From the NCBI RefSeq assembly GCF_025660415.1, contig NZ_JAOUSE010000003.1, positions 84,882-116,881 on the forward strand: a DNA stretch of 32,000 nt. The letters are read 5' to 3'. The position numbers were made by a program, and so were the translations under genes. Below the pieces are notes generated by a model, which was not told where the DNA came from, searched no databases, and worked only from the letters and a program-made list of their open reading frames with translations. Numbering within the stretch: position 1 is the stretch's first letter; the number at the start of each line of letters is the position of its first letter. The DNA is from Pallidibacillus thermolactis (lineage in GTDB: Bacteria > Bacillota > Bacilli > Bacillales > Caldibacillaceae). Positions 28,124 to 32,000 of this stretch are shown piece after piece.

Positions 28124-29722
28124 ATGAATCTAGTAGAAACTTCTAAGGCAATCCAACAGGGAAATATCTCTCTAGGAATCGAATTAGGATCAACACGAAT
28201 AAAGGCGGTTTTAATCACTGACGACTTTAAAACAATAGCTTCTGGTAGCTATGTTTGGGAGAATAAATTTGAAAACGGAATTTGGACCTATTCACTCGAT
28301 GAAGTTTGGAAGGGCATACAACACTGTTATACTCAAATTGCCGCCGATGTAAAAGCGAAATTTCACTGTACGATTTTAAAAATTAGTTCGATCGGTGTAA
28401 GTGCGATGATGCACGGATATTTAGCTTTTTCAGAGAATGGAAGTTTACTAACGCCTTTCCGAACTTGGCGAAATAATATAACAGAACAAGCTGCAAATAA
28501 GTTAACAAAACTTTTTAATTTTAATATTCCTGAACGTTGGAGTATTGCCCACTTGTATCAGGCTATTTTAAATAATGAGCCACATGTAAACGATATCCGT
28601 TATATCACTACATTAGCGGGCTATGTTCATTGGAAGTTATCTGGAGAAAAGGTATTAGGAATCGGAGATGCTTCTGGTGTATTTCCAATTGATGAAACTA
28701 CAGGTGATTATCGAAATGATTTTTTAGAAAAATTTGAAACTCTTGAAAATGTAACCCAATACCAATGGAAAATAAAAGATATCTTACCAAAAGTTTTAAA
28801 AGCAGGTGAACATGCAGGTACTTTGACAGAGGATGGAGCTAGATTACTAGATAAAAATGGGCATCTACAAAGTGGTAGTTTAATGGCTCCTCCTGAAGGC
28901 GATGCAGGCACTGGTATGGTTTGTACCAATAGTATTCGGGAACGAAAAGGGAATGTTTCGGTCGGTACATCTGCATTTTCAATGATCGTACTTGATAAAC
29001 CACTGAATAAAGTTTATCGTGACATCGATATCGTCACAACACCTACGGGAAGTCCGGTCGCAATGGTACACATTAACAATTGTTCATCCGATATTAATGC
29101 TTGGGCTCAAATTTTTAAAGAATTTGCTGAACGTCTCGGTATTGATTTAAAAGCTGATCGCTTGTTTGAAACATTATTATTCGCTTCTACGAAAGCTGAT
29201 CCTGATGCAGGAGGACTAGTTAATTACAGCTACTTATCAGGCGAAAATATTACCAAGATGCCTGCTGGTCGTCCACTTTTTGTTAGGGAGCCAAATAGCA
29301 GGTTTACATTAGCAAATTTTGTGCTAACCCAGTTATACGCTGCTTTTGCACCACTGAAAATCGGAATGGATATTTTAAAACATGAAGAAAAAATCAATAT
29401 GGATGTCTTAATCGCACAAGGTGGATTATTTAAAACACCTGTTATCGGTCAACAAGTACTTGCTAATGCATTAAATATACCGATCACCGTCATGAGTACC
29501 GCAGGTGAAGGTGGAGCCTGGGGAATGGCTGTATTAGCGGTATATGCGAAATACGCCAAAAAATATCCATGTCTGGAAGACTTTTTGGATACAGAAGTAT
29601 TCACTAATCTTGAAAGTATCACACTAAGTCCAGAACCTGAAGGTGTTGCTGGATACGAACAGTTTATAGAAAAGTATCAAGATGGTCTACCAATCGAAGA
29701 AACCGCTATTAAGTGCCTTTGA
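28124..29722 (+). CDS. FGGY-family carbohydrate kinase, probable AraK-type L-ribulokinase, 532 aa
   Basis: ASKHA N-terminal phosphate loop GIELGSTRIKAVL and an FGGY-like two-domain length. It does not look like canonical AraB. It is the only kinase in a cluster holding araA, araD and araR. Confidence 0.6.
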   Translation: MNLVETSKAIQQGNISLGIELGSTRIKAVLITDDFKTIASGSYVWENKFENGIWTYSLDEVWKGIQHCYTQIAADVKAKFHCTILKISSIGVSAMMHGYLAFSENGSLLTPFRTWRNNITEQAANKLTKLFNFNIPERWSIAHLYQAILNNEPHVNDIRYITTLAGYVHWKLSGEKVLGIGDASGVFPIDETTGDYRNDFLEKFETLENVTQYQWKIKDILPKVLKAGEHAGTLTEDGARLLDKNGHLQSGSLMAPPEGDAGTGMVCTNSIRERKGNVSVGTSAFSMIVLDKPLNKVYRDIDIVTTPTGSPVAMVHINNCSSDINAWAQIFKEFAERLGIDLKADRLFETLLFASTKADPDAGGLVNYSYLSGENITKMPAGRPLFVREPNSRFTLANFVLTQLYAAFAPLKIGMDILKHEEKINMDVLIAQGGLFKTPVIGQQVLANALNIPITVMSTAGEGGAWGMAVLAVYAKYAKKYPCLEDFLDTEVFTNLESITLSPEPEGVAGYEQFIEKYQDGLPIEETAIKCL

Positions 29723-29766
29723 TAAAAAATAAATCTGTTAAACATAATCATTGTTAAGAATCCGTT

Positions 29767-29805
29767 GCTGTCACTACACTCTTCTTATAGTGACAGCATT
29801 TTTTC
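29767..29805 (+). terminator. Rho-independent terminator of the porter-kinase operon
   Basis: GCTGTCACTA-N11-TAGTGACAGC followed by ATTTTTT. Confidence 0.8.
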
Positions 29806-29846
29806 CTTCTTCGTACCATTCCAAATCGATGTACTCTCTTATTTTT

Positions 29847-29875
29847 TTGTTTAATAGATTCCCGTATGATATAAT
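29847..29875 (+). promoter_or_regulatory. Candidate sigma-A promoter of araR
   Basis: TTGTTT-N17-TATAAT with an extended -10 TG (TGATATAAT). CCGTAT half-boxes flank it. Confidence 0.4.
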
Positions 29876-29958
29876 CTATCCGTATAAATAGCACTTTTAA
29901 TCGATCAAAATACAATACAAATATTTTTGCAAAAATTATAATACAGAAGGAATGAACT

Positions 29959-31038
29959 ATGACAAAAAAATACGAACGAATAACACGCGATATTCGTGAA
30001 AAAATCTTATCAGAAGAGTATAAAATAAAAGAAAAACTACCGACAGAATCTGAACTGATGGAGATTTATCAAGTAAGTAGGTTCACCGTTAGACGAGCAA
30101 TCGACGAACTTGAAAAAGATAATCTTGTTTACCGTATTCAAGGTGGGGGTATATTTGTAAATGACTGGAAAGGGCAACCAAAATCCTCTGACAAAAATAA
30201 AACAATTGGTCTAATTACAACTCATATATCTGATTACATTTTTCCTAATATTATCTCAGGTATTGATGAATATATATCAAAAAGTGGTCATTCTATACTT
30301 ATCGCCAATACGAAAAACAACCCTGAAAAAGAACGGAAAAGCTTAACAAATCTATTATCTAACAACTTATCCGGTTTAATTATTGAGCCCACAAAAAGCG
30401 CATTGAACAATACAAACAAAAGTATATATGAGAATATTAAATCAATGGGCATACCCATGTTATTTATTAATGCAGTATACGATGACTTTGATACCCCTTA
30501 TTTAATCATGGATGATGTCAAAGTTGGTGAGATGGTTACTAACTACTTATTCTCACAGGGGCATGAACATATTGTGGGAATATTTAAGGTCGATGATAAA
30601 CAAGGTATTCAAAGGATGAATGGATTTATTAAGGCTTATCAAGAACACCCTAGTATTTCAAATATGGGTGATATTTTAATGTATCAAACGGAAGAAAATA
30701 AAACCGACCTGTTTAAAAAACTACAAACAATTCTTTCAAGAACGAAGTTAGCGCCAACAGCTATTGTTTGTTATAACGATCAATTAGCAATTCAGCTTAT
30801 TAACTTTTTAAATGAGATTGGTTTAAAGGTTCCGGATGATATTTCGATTACTGGTGTTGATGATTATGCCTTTTCAAGATTTATCCAACCAAGTTTAACT
30901 ACCGTTCGTCATCCCCAAGAGCAAATGGGGCTTGACGCCGGTAAAATGATTATTGATATGGTAAATAAGCAGAAGGTCCAATCAAAGATATATGAACCTG
31001 AATTCATTATTAGAAACTCCGTTAAGAAAATCAATTAA
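29959..31038 (+). CDS. araR: AraR-type repressor (GntR wHTH fused to a LacI/PBP-type sugar-binding domain), 359 aa
   Basis: N-terminal GntR HTH (LPTESELMEIYQVSRFTVRRAIDEL) and a C-terminal periplasmic-binding-protein-like domain, the chimeric architecture specific to AraR. Confidence 0.85.
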   Translation: MTKKYERITRDIREKILSEEYKIKEKLPTESELMEIYQVSRFTVRRAIDELEKDNLVYRIQGGGIFVNDWKGQPKSSDKNKTIGLITTHISDYIFPNIISGIDEYISKSGHSILIANTKNNPEKERKSLTNLLSNNLSGLIIEPTKSALNNTNKSIYENIKSMGIPMLFINAVYDDFDTPYLIMDDVKVGEMVTNYLFSQGHEHIVGIFKVDDKQGIQRMNGFIKAYQEHPSISNMGDILMYQTEENKTDLFKKLQTILSRTKLAPTAIVCYNDQLAIQLINFLNEIGLKVPDDISITGVDDYAFSRFIQPSLTTVRHPQEQMGLDAGKMIIDMVNKQKVQSKIYEPEFIIRNSVKKIN

Positions 31039-31042
31039 TGTA

Positions 31043-31084
31043 AAAACCTTGGTTTACTATAACAAAAAAGTAACCAAGGTTTTC
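31043..31084. terminator. Bidirectional terminator between araR and the convergent remnant gene
   Basis: AAAACCTTGGTTTAC-N12-GTAACCAAGGTTTT, with A/T runs on both sides. Confidence 0.75.
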
Positions 31085-31116
31085 ATTTAATCATCATATA
31101 CTTCTATCGTCCTTAT

Positions 31117-31522
31117 CTATAAATAAATCGAAAATGGATTTTTCCCTTTTTTCTTTGAAGCTTGATCGGCATGTTTATATAATGTTTCTAGATCTTCGCC
31201 ATGGTATGGTGCATAACGAAACTGATTTGTTGTTTTTTGAAAATCCCACTCGTCAATATTCTGCTTTTTTTCGTAATATTTAAGTAATCGATAGGTTGTT
31301 GACTCCATTCGATCAGCAGTTTCACTATCAAAATAGTAATATACTTTATCTATATTTTCTAAAGCATAAAGAACCGTTTCTTCAATACGTTCCACTTGAA
31401 ACTGATTATTCTCTTTTACAAGAGATTCAAGTTTAACATGATTGATCATCGCGAACTATGGCGATGACCGATGCAAACATAATCATAATTGCAAATAAAC
31501 GCAACCGAAAGTTCCCATTCAC
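31117..31522 (-). pseudogene. Probable remnant of a membrane-anchored sensor diguanylate cyclase (frameshifted and internally deleted)
   Basis: GTG 31522 opens a 29-codon ORF encoding one TM helix (NGNFRLRLFAIMIMFASVIAIV) that stops at 31433. It overlaps, in another frame, the 110-aa ORF 31117-31449. That ORF ends in LYKHADQASKKKGKNPFSIY, which resembles only the last helix of a GGDEF domain (ADxAMYxAKxxGKNxxxxY). The GG(D/E)EF core is absent. Confidence 0.4.
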
Positions 31523-31639
31523 TTAGATCACCCTAGTAATGTAAATATGTATACATCTCTATTTTACAGCACTTTTATAATAGAGATAGAGAACTAAATT
31601 ATTGCAATAATGAAACTTTATAAACAATCTAAGGGCTAT

Positions 31640-31703
31640 CCTTACAAATAAGAAAGCCGAGAAACTGTCGACGATAAAAAATCAATCCACAGATTCTCGG
31701 CTT
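31640..31703 (-). terminator. Terminator of the BCCT transporter gene
   Basis: 15-bp stem AAGCCGAGAAACTGT / ACAGATTCTCGGCTT (one mismatch), followed on the minus strand by TTCTTATTTG. Confidence 0.6.
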
Positions 31704-31733
31704 GAATTTTGAAATTAAACGGCTACCTCATTT

Positions 31734-32000
31734 TCAGACAGAAAGCACATCTTGTTCTTTTTTCTTCTTCATTCCCGTTTTTACAGGTTTAACTTGTTTT
31801 TCTTTTACTTTGACCTTCTGTTTTTCTGCTTTTGGTGCAACTTCTTTTGAGACGACTTTAACGAGTGAAATCATCATAAAGACGATAATAACCGTAAATG
31901 GCAGAGCTGCAACAAGGGATGCTGACTGTAATCCTGTTAGGCCACTTGTCGATAATAATACTAATGCAATTGAACTGATTAGTACTCCCCAAACAATGCG
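31734..32000 (-). CDS. 3' end (88 codons) of a BCCT-family (OpuD-like betaine/choline/carnitine) transporter, truncated by the window edge
   Basis: Open frame from the window edge to TGA 31734. It translates to ...GLTGLQSASLVAALPFTVIIVFMMISLVK followed by a lysine-rich tail, matching the last TM helix of BCCT carriers. Absent from the ORF track because there is no start codon in the window. Confidence 0.6.
   Translation of the reverse strand, partial: RIVWGVLISSIALVLLSTSGLTGLQSASLVAALPFTVIIVFMMISLVKVVSKEVAPKAEKQKVKVKEKQVKPVKTGMKKKKEQDVLSV

Noticed and set aside
1-32000. Evidence for a genomic island, prophage or defence locus.
   Set aside because: There are no integrase, transposase, recombinase, phage structural, restriction-modification, toxin-antitoxin or nuclease/helicase-type defence genes. 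Gene order from hpf to ftsX follows the conserved Bacillus synteny.

Overview
AT-rich Bacillaceae-type chromosomal segment with no tRNA/rRNA genes, CRISPR array, transposase or integrase that I can recognise. The left two thirds are a conserved housekeeping block, almost all on the minus strand: a yebC-like regulator, a HAD phosphatase, ribD, a stand-alone GTP cyclohydrolase II, a coiled-coil M23 peptidase, ftsX, ftsE, cccB, a yitT-family gene, prfB (with its programmed +1 frameshift), secA, hpf and a CynX-like MFS transporter. The right third is carbohydrate metabolism. It holds a tkt-tal-rpiB-like module, a divergent DeoR regulator, a dhaK-dhaL-TIM-like operon, and an L-arabinose cluster (araA, araD, sugar porter, AraK-type FGGY kinase, araR). 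After that come a decayed GGDEF-type gene and the 3' end of a BCCT transporter. No obvious novel protein system is present. The least explained signals are two non-coding, helically phased direct-repeat arrays. One is ten copies of a ~52-bp unit with 26/52/104-bp hierarchy inside a 955-bp ORF-free gap (3838-4350). The other is seven TTCGCACA cores spaced 20-21 bp apart directly upstream of the MFS transporter (15958-16090). Both share a GTGCG core. Other points worth a second look are a predicted tetrulose/dihydroxyacetone-to-pentose-phosphate funnel and a ribA-ribD(-HAD) trio with no FMN riboswitch. All calls rest on reading the sequence and motif recall; no database search was run.
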